DNA of 64,000 bases from Candidatus Marinacidobacterales bacterium (GCA_965219415.1 CBDCNP010000002.1:4832001-4896000), one strand, 5' to 3'. Shown: positions 1 to 10,762, numbered from the stretch's first letter. The notes: generated by a model from the letters alone, not told the origin. Made by a program: numbers and translations.

Positions 1-226
1 AAGTCCACTATTTCAAAAGGGCCGAGTTTTGGCACAGGACGGGCTGCGAACGGTGAACATCTCCATGGCGGCGATATCGTCTTTATGGTTGCGCAAGAAA
101 GCCATCCATCGCTTCAGCTGGTCGGAGCGTAAGTCCTTGATTTCGTGGGCGGGGCAGTTTTGACGATGCACAGCCAGTTTCTTCGGCGTGAGAGGATTGG
201 GCTAGCAGGTCGCGGACCTTGATCAC

Positions 227-793
227 ATGAATGAGACGAAAATCACAAAGCTTCAGGCTGCAAAGCGGCAGATCAACACCGGAATTCAGATGCTCTTCAG
301 AAACTACGATCCTGTGGCAATCCATACGGTCGCCATGGCGGGATTTCGTATTCTCAGGGATCTTGCGAAACAGAAAGGTCTAGAGCACCCCATCGATTCC
401 ATGATCAGGCCCGGAAAAGAGAAGGAGTTCTGGCGTAGGGGCAACAGCTTCGCCAATTTCTTCAAGCACGCCGACAACGATCCAGACGAAGTCTCGGACG
501 GCTTTTGGGAAGAAGCCAACGATTCGGTGCTGCTCATTGCCGCGACATACTATGACCTTCTTGGCTGTCAGCAGACCGAAGAGATGCAAGCTCTTGCGAC
601 GTGGTACATGGCACTCCATCCAGACGTTCTTTCCCAGGATGTGAATCCCGCGGTACAGGCCCTCGTTTTGGCGTCTGGTGAAATGCGATCGCTTGCGCGA
701 GAAGAGCAACTCAAGATTGGCTTAACGGTGTTGGAGAGGTGGAGCGCGGCGAAGGACGGATCGTCGGGTGCTTGCGCTGTTTACTGTTGGTGA
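227..793 (+). CDS. Hypothetical protein, possibly HEPN-like; C-terminus runs into a MITE
   Basis: 188 aa ORF with KLQAAKRQ..AIHTVA..ANFFKHAD pattern. It sits directly after an rve-C element end (…GACGATGCACA at ~171). HEPN is inference. Confidence 0.5.
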   Translation: MNETKITKLQAAKRQINTGIQMLFRNYDPVAIHTVAMAGFRILRDLAKQKGLEHPIDSMIRPGKEKEFWRRGNSFANFFKHADNDPDEVSDGFWEEANDSVLLIAATYYDLLGCQQTEEMQALATWYMALHPDVLSQDVNPAVQALVLASGEMRSLAREEQLKIGLTVLERWSAAKDGSSGACAVYCW

Positions 794-836
794 TGTATAT
801 GCATCCCTTTTCAAAAGAGGCACTTACGCTCCATTT

Positions 837-2036
837 GGTGCTTCCGCAATTAAGTGTTGGCGGCCAGCCCCTAACCGGTCTGCGTGCTAGAGTTTGGACC
901 AGAATTCCGAAGACACAGTTCTCTCATCGTCAGGGCCGAGCCAAAGTGAAGAATCGCAGATGTCTCAATCTCGCATGTCCGTTGCGGGGCAAAGTCAGTT
1001 CCGGAAACATCGTTCGCCACGGATTCTACCGAACCAGGTCCGGGAAACGCCGTCGATACCGGTGCGGCGAGTGCGGAAAGACGTTCTCCTCGACGAAAGG
1101 CACGCCCTACTACCGTCTCCAACATCGAAGAGCTACTTTCGATGGAGTCATCGCTCTCAGAGTCGAGGGTGTCAGCATTTCCGCGATTTCCCGGATCAAA
1201 GGGATTGCCTGGAACACCGTCGCCCGCTGGCTCGAGAAGGCAGCCCAAGGGTGTCGTCGATTCAATCACAGAAGGATCGCTGGCTTCGCTGCCGAAGAGC
1301 TTCAAGCCGACGAGATTCGCACGTTCGCGGGCAACAAGAAGACACCGAGTTGGGTCTTCGTTACGATCGAGGTCTGGTCTCGGCTCTGGCCATCGACGGT
1401 GACGGGAAGGCGAAGCTACCGGAACACTCACGCTCTGTTTCGCGACCTTTCGAGACGGATGAATTTCGAGCGTCTTCCCTTGATCGTCACGGATGGATTC
1501 GAATTCTACCAGAAGGTCATCCGTCGCTTCTTCGGTCCAGCGTGTCTCTACGGCCAGGTCCTAAAAACGCGCAGGAACGATCGTATCATCAAGGTCGAAC
1601 GCAGAGCGCTGCACGGAGCCGCGTGGCGATTCGAAGACGCGCTCAATAACTCCGAGGACTCTTCGACATTGAACACGTCGTTCATCGAGCGGTTGAATCT
1701 GACCATCCGGCAAAGCTCGGCATACCTTTCGAGACGAACGCTTTCCCACGCTCGCTCGACGGAGAGGCTCGATGAGCACCTGGAGTTGCTCCGTTGCTAT
1801 TACAACTTCGTCCGACCGCACGGAGCTCTGAAGTTCGGACGTGAGATCCGAACTCCGGCTATGCAGGCTGGTCTGACCACGCGACGGCTCACCTTTCGAG
1901 ACATCTTCTTGGCGACGACTATTCCTTTGTGGTCGCGGATCGAGGTTTTCGTGCTCAGTAGGGCGCGCAACCCGGTCTCTTCCGCACCTGTACCACTGCC
2001 CGCAGCCGCGTAGCAACACTTGATGGCGGAAGCACC
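837..2036 (+). mobile_element. IS1-family-like insertion sequence (copy 1, intact)
   Basis: TIRs GGTGCTTCCGCAATTAAGTGTTG / CAACACTTGATGGCGGAAGCACC enclose a transposase. Confidence 0.85.
946..2013 (+). CDS. IS1-family transposase (Zn ribbon, HTH, DDE)
   Basis: CxxxxC and CxxC, ADEI, VTDG, NTSFIERLNLTIR, YYNFVRPH and TPAMQAGL motifs; GTG start chosen inside the TIR-bounded element. Confidence 0.85.
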   Translation: MKNRRCLNLACPLRGKVSSGNIVRHGFYRTRSGKRRRYRCGECGKTFSSTKGTPYYRLQHRRATFDGVIALRVEGVSISAISRIKGIAWNTVARWLEKAAQGCRRFNHRRIAGFAAEELQADEIRTFAGNKKTPSWVFVTIEVWSRLWPSTVTGRRSYRNTHALFRDLSRRMNFERLPLIVTDGFEFYQKVIRRFFGPACLYGQVLKTRRNDRIIKVERRALHGAAWRFEDALNNSEDSSTLNTSFIERLNLTIRQSSAYLSRRTLSHARSTERLDEHLELLRCYYNFVRPHGALKFGREIRTPAMQAGLTTRRLTFRDIFLATTIPLWSRIEVFVLSRARNPVSSAPVPLPAAA

Positions 2037-2257
2037 GCGGAAGCACCGCGTGGCTTGTAATTGAACCTTTCTTGTTGTGGTCAAAGAGCCTTAAAGTGTT
2101 ACGTGAGACTTCGCGTGTAAGCTTTTAAAAACTTTGTTTTTTGGTGTTCGACGTGTATCATAAATTCGCTCTCATCTAACCCTGGGCAATGGAGGTTTGC
2201 CAACATCTGCCGATGGTTCTCTAGCCTGAGACCCCCGGCGGTGACGGACGAGCGGGC

Positions 2258-3322
2258 ATGTACGTCAACCGACTTACACAGTTGATTTTAGCCGGATTCG
2301 CACTCGAATTCGTGGTTCTATTCGGAGCCTGCACCTTGGAGGAAGGGCCGTCGCCCACTTCGAGCTCCCCCATGGACGTTGAAAGCGGCGAGGGCCAGCC
2401 AACGCTAGCCGCCGCCCCGGGTACCGTTCCACCAGAAATTGTCAGCCCAGAGCCGGGCGAAGAAGTCAGATCGCAATCCCCGTTACTGACAGTCAAGAAC
2501 GCCACGACCGACGAGGAACCGACCTACACCTTCCAGGTGGCGTCCGACCGCGGCTTCAACGACATCGTGGCCAGGGCGGGGGATATCCCCGAAGGTTCGG
2601 ACGGACAGACGTCCTGGCAGATTCAGAAGAAGCTGAGCGCGCAGAAGCATTTCTGGCGTGTCTACGCGGATTTAGGCACCATTCGGCTCACTTCCATGAT
2701 CGCCAACTTCATCGTTCCCGAGGAACCGGAACCGATCGTCGGCGGCGACGGGAACGCCATCCTCACCGATGCCCTCACCAATGGTGGCTCGATCGGGCAA
2801 GTCTCGGGCGGGACGTTCACGTCCCAAGGTTGGCAGGTCCAGGAGAAGAATAACTTCATCCGCTACGTCATCTCTCCGGTGGCCTCCGGCTACGTGCAGT
2901 TCGACACCTGGGGCATGCAACCTTCCAACCCCAGTCTCGATCAATTCATGCTGTTCGGAATGTGGGATCCTACCCGAGGGGACTATCGAGCGAATCCGTT
3001 TCGCGTGCACCTTCAAAAGCTGGACCCGAGGCACAACGGACCTTATCTCCGCCTAAGGTGGATTGCGCAAGGTGAGCAGCACGACGAGGGCAACTCTTTC
3101 CTGAACTGGGATCCCTCCACGACCTACACTTGGCATATTGCGTGGGGACCGTCAGGCTCTGGAAATCAGGCCAACGTTTTCATGAACGGCAATCGGATGA
3201 TTACCGTCAACTACCGCCGATCGTATAGTCCGAGCCAGCACTACGTCGAGCTCGGGATTCAGGAGCGCGCGGAGTCGATTCAAGGCGTCACCTACTCGAA
3301 CGTCGAGATTGGACGCCGCTAG
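2258..3322 (+). CDS. Putative secreted lipoprotein with beta-rich (Fn3-like and lectin-like) domains
   Basis: Hydrophobic N-terminus ending FGAC (lipobox-like), Pro/Ser linker, YTFQVA..F..W motif. Confidence 0.55.
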   Translation: MYVNRLTQLILAGFALEFVVLFGACTLEEGPSPTSSSPMDVESGEGQPTLAAAPGTVPPEIVSPEPGEEVRSQSPLLTVKNATTDEEPTYTFQVASDRGFNDIVARAGDIPEGSDGQTSWQIQKKLSAQKHFWRVYADLGTIRLTSMIANFIVPEEPEPIVGGDGNAILTDALTNGGSIGQVSGGTFTSQGWQVQEKNNFIRYVISPVASGYVQFDTWGMQPSNPSLDQFMLFGMWDPTRGDYRANPFRVHLQKLDPRHNGPYLRLRWIAQGEQHDEGNSFLNWDPSTTYTWHIAWGPSGSGNQANVFMNGNRMITVNYRRSYSPSQHYVELGIQERAESIQGVTYSNVEIGRR

Positions 3323-3360
3323 CTCATACACGAAATCAAGGCCATTATTTCGACCTCGAC

Positions 3361-4792
3361 CCCGTCCTGTGCCAAAACTCGGCCCTTTTGAAATAGGCCA
3401 TAAATCAGCAGCTTAGTGTCTGTGTTTGCGACTGGGCCAAGGCCGTAGGCTTTACAATCGTCTGGCCCGAGGGTGTTATCTTCAGCTCCATGATGACCTA
3501 CCACGTGCAATTCCTACTGCTCGTTGTGGCTGGCTGGGTCAACCGCCAGCAGCAGGATGTGATCGACTACCTGCAAGAGGAGAACCGTGTGCTCCGAGCC
3601 GGGCTTCGGGGCAAGCGTCTCAAGCTCTCGGACGACGACCGGCGCAGGCTCGCGGTCAAGGCCCAGGCTTTGGGCCGCGAGGCGCTGGCCCAGATTGCGT
3701 CCGTTGCCACACCCGCTACGCTTCTGCGCTGGTACCGCTACCTCATCGCAGCTAAGTACGATGGCAGCAAGAACCGGAGCCCAGGCCGACCTCCGACGGC
3801 GAAGGATATCCGTGAGCTCATTGTACGCGTGGCGCGAGAGAACCCGACGTGGGGATATACGCGCCTGCGGGGCGCACTCAAGAACCTCGGACATGAACTT
3901 GGACGCAACACCATCAAGAGGCTCCTCGCCGAGCACGGTATCGCTCCTGCGCCGGAGCGGGGCAAGAGCATGTCGTGGAGCACCTTCCTCAAGGCTCATT
4001 GGGGCGCTATCGCTGCGACAGACCTGTTCACCGTCGAGGTGGTGAACCCGTTCGGGCTCGTCCGCTACCATGTCCTGTTTGTCATCGATATCGCCACTCG
4101 CTGCGTGTGCATCGGTGGGATAAGCTCGGACCCAAACGGGGAGTGGATGAAGCAGGTGGCAAGAAACCTCACGGACATGTGGGATGGTTTCCTCCTTGGC
4201 AAACGGTACCTCATCCACGACCGGGACCCGCTATTTACTGAGGCAGTACGTGGGCTGTTGAGAGATTCAGGCGTGAAGCCCCTCCGCCTTCCCGCCAATA
4301 GTCCGAATCTGAACGCATACGCGGAAAGATTCGTTCTCTCCATACGTCGAGAGTGTCTCGACCGCTTCGTACCTCTCAATGAGCGACACCTGCGGACAGC
4401 GATAACCGAATACGTAGTGCACTATCACACCGAACGGAACCACCAAGGTCTCGGCAACGAGCTCATCACACCTCTGCCGGCAAGCGCGAATGACGCTGGT
4501 CCCATCGTGTCGCGAGAGCGACTTGGAGGCATTCTCAACTACTACTGCCGTGCCGCGTAGATGGTTTGCTGGCGACGGTAGCCCCTCGGTGCGCTCTACC
4601 GGCGTAGCGTGGAAACAGCTTCAGGAACATGCTTCGATATTCGCTCTCGACTAGGTGGTCATCTGCATGGTGACGACCCGCCCGCCCAAGACGATTGTAA
4701 AGCTCACGGCCCTTGGCCCGGTCGCAAACACAGACACTAAGTTGCTGATTTATGGCCTATTTCAAAAGGGCCGAGTTTTGGCACAGGACGGG
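3361..4792 (+). mobile_element. rve-integrase IS 'element A' with ~100 bp terminal inverted repeats
   Basis: Left end CCCGTCCTGTGCCAAAACTCGGCCCTTTTGAAATAGG…TTTACAATCGTCT is mirrored at ~4688-4792; no flanking target duplication visible. Confidence 0.85.
3490..4560 (+). CDS. Integrase core (rve, DDE) transposase A, IS481/IS3-like fold
   Basis: [35 protein letters not shown] motifs. Confidence 0.9.
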   Translation: MMTYHVQFLLLVVAGWVNRQQQDVIDYLQEENRVLRAGLRGKRLKLSDDDRRRLAVKAQALGREALAQIASVATPATLLRWYRYLIAAKYDGSKNRSPGRPPTAKDIRELIVRVARENPTWGYTRLRGALKNLGHELGRNTIKRLLAEHGIAPAPERGKSMSWSTFLKAHWGAIAATDLFTVEVVNPFGLVRYHVLFVIDIATRCVCIGGISSDPNGEWMKQVARNLTDMWDGFLLGKRYLIHDRDPLFTEAVRGLLRDSGVKPLRLPANSPNLNAYAERFVLSIRRECLDRFVPLNERHLRTAITEYVVHYHTERNHQGLGNELITPLPASANDAGPIVSRERLGGILNYYCRAA

Positions 4793-5712
4793 GGGGCGCC
4801 ACGCATCCATGCTGAGCTCACCAAGCTCGGTTTCATCATCTCCGAGATTACGGTGTCGCGATACCTGCCGCGGCATCCCGCGGAGCCCGACCAGCTGAAG
4901 CGATGGATGGCTTTCTTGCGCAACCATAAAGACGATATCGGCGCCATGGATCTGTTCACCGTGCCCACCGCGTCGCTCCGGCTGCTGTACGGCTTCTTCG
5001 TCATCGAGCACGGCCGTCGGCACATCGTTCACTTCAACGCCACCTTCCACCCGACACCTGTTCGCGTGCTAGAGTTTTAGCCTGATTTCGATAGGCGCAG
5101 TTCTTTCGTCGATGCCGGCTGGGCCGAGTTTTGGCACAGGACGGGAGAATCTCAACCGCGAATTTCGACGCCGGACGAAAACCCAAGCGTCGTTCTCCAG
5201 CGAGGAGTCTGCGGTCGCTTTGCTGTTTGGGCTTATCGCCTCTGGCGTCTGAGCGAGGTTCTCGAACACGCGGAGGTTGCCGCCTGATATGATACTCTGG
5301 TGTGCGGTCTTCCGGTTCAGGCGCCGAGGACCTTCTGGCCCTGCGTGCCTGATCTCACCCTCCCAGGATGGAACCCTTGCATTAGTATGATGGAGTCCAT
5401 ATAGCAGGGATACACCGCCCTCCGGCCTTACGTCGCGGTAGAAGTCGACGCCGGGAAGAGCAAGTCCATCAGGGAAGGAACCCGTGAGGTCAAAATACTC
5501 ATGCGGCTTCCCGTTGGAAAGGTGCAAACTGCTGACCCGATGGGCGTTCGAATATTTTGACCAGACGCGGTCCGGGCCCTAGAGTCCAGTCCCGGATTAA
5601 TAATGATGATGGACAACCTTGTTTTTTTGGATACGACGGGTACGCGATCTTCTCTTTTGCATCCCAAGGCCTTGTGGCGAATCCCCCTCCCCACCCGTCT
5701 CACGGTGTTCGT

Positions 5713-8100
5713 CTAAAAGAATCGAAACGAGTAACTCACCTTGACTCCCCTTCCGATCTCGGGAGCCAGATCCTTGATGAACGAAGTGTGGTTCCGATAA
5801 AGCTCGTTTGTGAGGTTGTAGCCCCGGACCGCGAAAATGTGAGCGCTGTGACCCCGGGCCAGCGTATAGGAACCGACCACGTTCACAACCGTGTAACCCT
5901 CGGTAAGTGTTTCGTCTCGAAAGATCTGATCCTGCTTCGAAGCCAAGACCACCTCCGGCTCTATGTTGAGTCCCTCGTAGACCACGCTGAAACCTATGCG
6001 TCCATGGAACGGCGGGATTCGAGGCAAGGGCTCGTTCGTGTCGGTGAGCTCAGCATTGACATAGCCCGCACCCACATCCAGAAACAGATTGCGGTGGACG
6101 CTGAATACACCTTTCGCATCGAAACCCACGAATCGGCTGTCGCCTTGTAGAAAGGGAGCCAGTAGAAGACCATCGACGATCTCGTCCGTATACGCCGGAA
6201 AGACAAAGTTGTCGATGTTGTAGTAGTAGACGTTGAACTCCCCTTGGAGTAGGCGTGACTGGTTCCTCAAGCTAAGATCTACTCCGATGCTCGCCTCTCG
6301 TTCCAAGTCGGCATTGCCCACCTCGAAAGCCAGAGTGCCAACGTGAGGCCCGAAATTGTAGAGTTCTTCGAGCGCTGGCGCGCGGTACGAGCGCGTGAAG
6401 TTGGCCACCAGCGCGGTGTTGGTGGCCACATCTACATGAAGCCCAATCGAGCCGGAAACACCCGTGAACGAGCGCGGCCGGGCTTCGGGAGGCTCGAGGT
6501 CGGTGTGCTCGTTCTCGTCGTCTTCCTCGCCTTCATGCTCTTCCCCTTCGTTCGCGTGACCGAGTCCTCCGCGCTCTTCGGGTTGGTAGTCGTTGTATTC
6601 CAGGCGGCCGCCAAACTGGAGGCGAGCCGCACCGGACAGTCGCAGTTCTTCATAGGCAAACGCCGCGAAGGCGCCATGAGTGGTCGCGGGAGCCAGGGCT
6701 TCCTCACCGACCGAGTTGTAGTCCCGAAACGTTGCCTCCACACCGAATGTCCCGTTGAGCTCTTCCGTGCGACGCTGCTCCACCGCGGCTCGGACCACGA
6801 ACACGTTGTTGTCGAATGTCGTGGCTACGGTGTCGACGCCCGCACTCGTCTCGACCTCGTCGTGGGTATAGTCGGTGTAGTTCATGACCACGCGAAAAGC
6901 GTCGAAGAAACGGTTGTCTAGGTTTCTGAGGCCGGCATCGAGTCGTGCCGACTGGCGTACGGTATCCACATCGACGAAGAGCTCTTCTTCCTCGTGATGG
7001 TCTTCTTCCCCCTCATGGTCTTCTTCCCCCTCATGGTGTTCTTCCCCCTCTGCCTCCTCGTGGCCATGAGCATGAAACTCACCCGCAAAGGGGATGCCGA
7101 AGCGGCCATTCTCGTGCTGATACCCAGCGCTGAAATAGGCTCTTTCCGTGAAGTAACCGACCCCGGCTCGGCCATTCGAGAGTCGAGAAGCCGAGTTCGC
7201 GACGGATCCCTCTGGTGTGTCGTAGTCATCCGTGCGCCGACCACTCGCACCGCCCCAGACGGCCCAATTGCCCTGGCCGAACTGAAACTGACCGTTGGCA
7301 CCTGCTTGGTTGTCGGTGGTCCCTCCGTCAACCGAGACCTGTCCCAAGAATCCCTCCAACTGCGTACGGATGAGGGCCTCGTGCGGTGTGACAGCATTGA
7401 CCACACCACCGATGGCGTTACTTCCGTATAGGAGGGTCGCAGGCCCTTTCACCAACTCCAGACGCCTCAAACCGCTGGGATCGAGTGTCACCCCGTGATC
7501 CGCGGACTGGCTAGAGAGATCGCCGGTTCGGATACCATCCTGCATTACTAATACCCGGTCTCCGTCGAAGCCGCGGATGATCGGTCGTTCCGACCCCGGC
7601 CCGAAGCTCCGCTTCGCGACCCCTGGATCTTTTTCTAACATCGCTCCCACCGAAATAGAGGGGTTCTTCGTGAGTTCCACCCAATCTAGCGAAGTGACGG
7701 TGTTGAAAGCCTCGAGGGTCACCACCTCGCCGGCTAGCTCGGCGGTTACGGTCATCGATTCGTGGATAGGTGATAGCTCCAGAGAAAAATCCACTTCCGC
7801 CGTTGTCCCGGCTGCCACCGATACCCGCTGCCTCTCGGCGGTCAGGTGGTCTCGCTGAGCCAGAATCTCGTAGTCTCCGACCGGTACCCCCTCGAACTCG
7901 AAGCGACCCTCGTGATTGACGGTGGTCGAGCGTCTCAATTCGACGATCAATACAAGTGTTCCGTGAACGGGCTCGCCGATGGCTCCGAGCACCACCGTGC
8001 CGGAGATGGCCCCCGTCTCCTGAGCTGAACTCACGTTCCCGATTATGAGTCCGACCACGACCATATGGAAAACAAACAAACTCCTACCGAACGACCTCAT
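5713..8100 (-). CDS. TonB-dependent receptor with His/Glu-rich loops (ZnuD-like metal uptake)
   Basis: Signal peptide, plug motif RPIIRG..ELVKGPATLLYGSNAIGGVVN, C-terminal F, and HAHGHEEAEGEEHHEGEEDH tracts. Confidence 0.9.
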   Translation of the reverse strand: MRSFGRSLFVFHMVVVGLIIGNVSSAQETGAISGTVVLGAIGEPVHGTLVLIVELRRSTTVNHEGRFEFEGVPVGDYEILAQRDHLTAERQRVSVAAGTTAEVDFSLELSPIHESMTVTAELAGEVVTLEAFNTVTSLDWVELTKNPSISVGAMLEKDPGVAKRSFGPGSERPIIRGFDGDRVLVMQDGIRTGDLSSQSADHGVTLDPSGLRRLELVKGPATLLYGSNAIGGVVNAVTPHEALIRTQLEGFLGQVSVDGGTTDNQAGANGQFQFGQGNWAVWGGASGRRTDDYDTPEGSVANSASRLSNGRAGVGYFTERAYFSAGYQHENGRFGIPFAGEFHAHGHEEAEGEEHHEGEEDHEGEEDHHEEEELFVDVDTVRQSARLDAGLRNLDNRFFDAFRVVMNYTDYTHDEVETSAGVDTVATTFDNNVFVVRAAVEQRRTEELNGTFGVEATFRDYNSVGEEALAPATTHGAFAAFAYEELRLSGAARLQFGGRLEYNDYQPEERGGLGHANEGEEHEGEEDDENEHTDLEPPEARPRSFTGVSGSIGLHVDVATNTALVANFTRSYRAPALEELYNFGPHVGTLAFEVGNADLEREASIGVDLSLRNQSRLLQGEFNVYYYNIDNFVFPAYTDEIVDGLLLAPFLQGDSRFVGFDAKGVFSVHRNLFLDVGAGYVNAELTDTNEPLPRIPPFHGRIGFSVVYEGLNIEPEVVLASKQDQIFRDETLTEGYTVVNVVGSYTLARGHSAHIFAVRGYNLTNELYRNHTSFIKDLAPEIGRGVKVSYSFRFF

Positions 8101-8161
8101 GGCAATCTCCCCCCTAGATAGACGACGACTGAGAAAAAGCGATAACAGGCTGGGTGGGGAG

Positions 8162-8443
8162 TTAGGCGGGTGGAGCTCGGGGCGCGCTCAGAGAGCTGGC
8201 TGGCGATAGCTCTCGATACTCAGACGCCTGAGGTGCCGAGCTGGCGCGCTGCGTCGGCGGTTCTGCCGTGACCGGCGCTGCAGTCAAAAGTGTCGGCTGA
8301 CTGGCTACCTTGCAGGGTGTACATCCTTGACCGTCACTGTGCCACGGTCCTGGGAGGAGACCAGCCGTCAGAACGACCGCGGTCCCCAGCGCAACAAGGA
8401 GGACCAGCCAGCCGTAGATAGGCTGACGCATCCTTTTAGACAT
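8162..8443 (-). CDS. DUF2946/CruR-like small protein (CxxC plus C-terminal RAPP) upstream of the TonB receptor
   Basis: MSKRMR.. TM segment, WH..CTPC, ends APRAPPA; lies 61 bp upstream of the receptor. Confidence 0.7.
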   Translation of the reverse strand: MSKRMRQPIYGWLVLLVALGTAVVLTAGLLPGPWHSDGQGCTPCKVASQPTLLTAAPVTAEPPTQRASSAPQASEYRELSPASSLSAPRAPPA

Positions 8444-8853
8444 CACTTGTCCCCTTGCAGTCCAGACTACCATAGTATCTGGGCGAATCACAAGGGGAAG
8501 GGGCGAGCGTGTACGCTCCCGACATGAAGGAATGTTGGTCACGCGCGCCTGCGGACCCATCAGGGTGCTTCCGCTACGGCGAAAGTCGTCGCACTGCCGC
8601 GAGTCGGTGGACTGCACCATCGATACGAGTGGCGAGAGACAGCCTGAGTCAGCTTGGTCGCTCGCGTTACTCGGCTGGTCGCCGAGAAGTTCGTCCTCAG
8701 CCGTGAGGTCAAAATACTCATGCGGCTTCCCGATGGTAGAAACGTAGCAGCTCGCCAAGCCGTCACGGGAGCGCACCTTGTGCTCGGACTTGAGGTAACT
8801 GTTCGCTGGCTGGGAACAGCAGTAGATTCTCCTTGCCTTGATGATTCCCGACG

Positions 8854-8951
8854 TGTCCAAAAACACAAACGAACTCCAGACTCACGCGCCGGGCCGTTTC
8901 GTATTAGACGTGTCTACGCTTGGTTCGCCAATGGAAGCTAGAATCCTCGGT
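8854..8951. repeat. Orphan IS end 'F' (TGTCCAAAAACACAAACGAACTC); also at ~13066, 29002, 35056-35153, 36419-36535, 47925, 60622
   Basis: Recurring TGT-starting terminus. At 36419-36535 two such ends form a mini-element. No cognate transposase in the window. Confidence 0.7.
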
Positions 8952-9215
8952 GATGAGCACGCCGATCCATCCCTTGACATTGTTGGTCGTCGCCATCGCT
9001 ACATCCGTAGGAATCTGGACCGTGTCTCAGTTCCAGTGTGGCCGTCTGCTCTTTAGGGCAGCGATACCGTTCTGGTTTGTCAACTTCGTGTAAGGCCATT
9101 ACAATAGCGCCGTTTGAGTATCGCTCGGAAGCTCAACCCGTCTGGTCAAAATATTCGAACGCCAACGCCCAGCGGGTCAGCAGTTTGCACCTTTCCAAAG
9201 AGGCTGCTTGAATCC

Positions 9216-9309
9216 TGTGCTCCGCAAAAAAGAAAACCGGCCAGAAGCCGCCGACCATGGTAGGTTTAAAACGCGCAATCAACACTGGATAGACTTTTTG
9301 CGGAGCACA
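9216..9309. mobile_element. MITE 'E' (TIR TGTGCTCCGCAAAAA); second copy at 50473-50566, partial copies at 13734 and ~46380-46431
   Basis: 15 bp inverted ends and similar internal sequence between copies. Confidence 0.75.
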
Positions 9310-9387
9310 ACTACGGCTTCCCTTGAATGAAGGATTCCCGATTCCCGGAAGGTTGGGGTCAAGCCAACGTGTCGGCGGGAATCGGGG

Positions 9388-9743
9388 CTAAAAGAGTTCA
9401 GTCCGGGCGCTCTCTGCCTCGCCGGCGTCGATCTCGGCCGCGTCAGTTCCTGCGATCTGATCCGCCAGCACCTGCCCATAGGTCGGGAAGCAAGAGCGTT
9501 CAACTTGCGCCTCCTGATTCCAGAGCCGGGCTCGAATCAAGGCCTTGGCGCAGTGGAGGAACGCCTCTTCCACCGTCACTTTGAGGACGGAGATGGGCAA
9601 CGTGCCCTGGATGGCTAGAGGCTTCAGCAGTTCCGGATCAGTGGAAATCTCCGCCTGCCCATTGATCCGAAGCGTTTCGGTCAAGCCCGGCACGAAGAAC
9701 ACCAAGCCCACGTAGGGACGTTCCACCAGGTTCATCAACGTGT
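9388..9743 (-). pseudogene. 3' fragment of a pyridoxamine 5'-phosphate oxidase-like FMN-binding protein
   Basis: VGLVFFVPG..ETLRING..VEEAFLHCAKALIRARLW; 5' part cut at MITE B. Confidence 0.75.
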
Positions 9744-9892
9744 CCCGTCCTGTGCCAAAACTCGGCCCTTTTGAAATAGACTACAAATCAGCAGCTTAGA
9801 CGTCCTTGGAATCCGCGCAGAATCCAGGGTATTTCGCGCCGCAGGGCTGGCTTCCGACCCATGGGCTGGCGGATGAATAAATAGAAGGCACA
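9744..9892 (-). mobile_element. MITE 'B' (~149 bp); copies at 11652-11800, 14676-14826, 26932-27080, 32589-32737, 47624-47772, 47774-47923; partial at ~20330-20451 and 45540-45633
   Basis: Near-identical TGTGCCTTCTATTTATTCATCC…TTTTGGCACAGGACGGG units. Confidence 0.9.
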
Positions 9893-10065
9893 GGCTGGAA
9901 ACGGACTTACGGTGCGGCTAGTGAGGCACTCCCATAGGAAACGGGGAGAGACAGATAGGCCGTGCCTACGGAGCACTGCGCCAGCCCTCGACCCTACCGC
10001 CCAGAAACTCGCGGTGTTCCCCGTTTGTGGTACATTGTCAGAAAACAGGACAGGGAGGTGTCCAA

Positions 10066-10323
10066 ATGGCCAAGACCGAAATGATCCGTGCCCGTGTTGA
10101 GCCGGAGTTGAAGAGCCAAGCCGAAGAAGTCTTCTCAGGTCTCGGTTTGTCGCCAACCGAGGCTATCACGCTGTTTTATCGACAGGTGACGCTGCATCAC
10201 GGTTTGCCGTTCGCGGTAAAAGTTCCCAATGCCGAGACCATCGCGGCGCTGAGACAGGCCCGCGCAGGAGAGGGACTCACAGAATACGCCGACCTAGAGG
10301 ATCTCAAAGCTCGTCACGGTTGA
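10066..10323 (+). CDS. dinJ: RelB/DinJ-family antitoxin
   Basis: MAKTEMIRARVEPELK..GLSPTEAI..GLPF..PNAETIAA; GGAGG RBS. Confidence 0.9.
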   Translation: MAKTEMIRARVEPELKSQAEEVFSGLGLSPTEAITLFYRQVTLHHGLPFAVKVPNAETIAALRQARAGEGLTEYADLEDLKARHG

Positions 10324-10326
10324 TCC

Positions 10327-10593
10327 ATGCGCCTGCTCACCACGAAGCGATTCGAGAAGGATCTCAAGCGTAGCAGGAAGCGCGGCAAGAATATCGACAA
10401 GCTCTGGAGTGTCGTGGAACGGCTCCTGTCGAATCAGCCTCTCGACACACGACATCGGCAGCATCGGTTAGCTGGGGACTGGTCTTCTTGCTGGGAATGT
10501 CACATCGAACCGGACTGGCTGCTGGTCTGGGACCAACAGGATGACGCTCTCATCCTGGTGCGGACTGGAACCCATACCGATTTGTTCGGTTGA
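10327..10593 (+). CDS. yafQ: YafQ-family mRNA interferase toxin
   Basis: F.KDLK..H.L.GDW…ECHIEPDWLL…RTGTHTDLF; 3 bp after the antitoxin. Confidence 0.92.
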   Translation: MRLLTTKRFEKDLKRSRKRGKNIDKLWSVVERLLSNQPLDTRHRQHRLAGDWSSCWECHIEPDWLLVWDQQDDALILVRTGTHTDLFG

Positions 10594-10762
10594 TTAGTCC
10601 GTCGCGTATCTGCCCTCTGAGCTAAGTCCATAAACAAGACGCCGCCCGCGTCCGGGAAGAAATCAGGATTCTGTTACCAGCCTATTGCGGCAGGTGTGAA
10701 TGCACCCGGATCGATAAGCTAGCTTCCAGGCTGCGCAGCCCGAGAATCAAGGAGAATACGAG

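Noticed and set aside
739-945. N-terminal extensions of ORFs 739-2013, 17918-19273 and 8162-8866
   Set aside because: They are read-through across MITE or IS junctions; the real starts are internal.
6985-7060. Short tandem repeat as a VNTR or regulatory repeat
   Set aside because: It is in-frame coding for the His/Glu loop of the TonB receptor.
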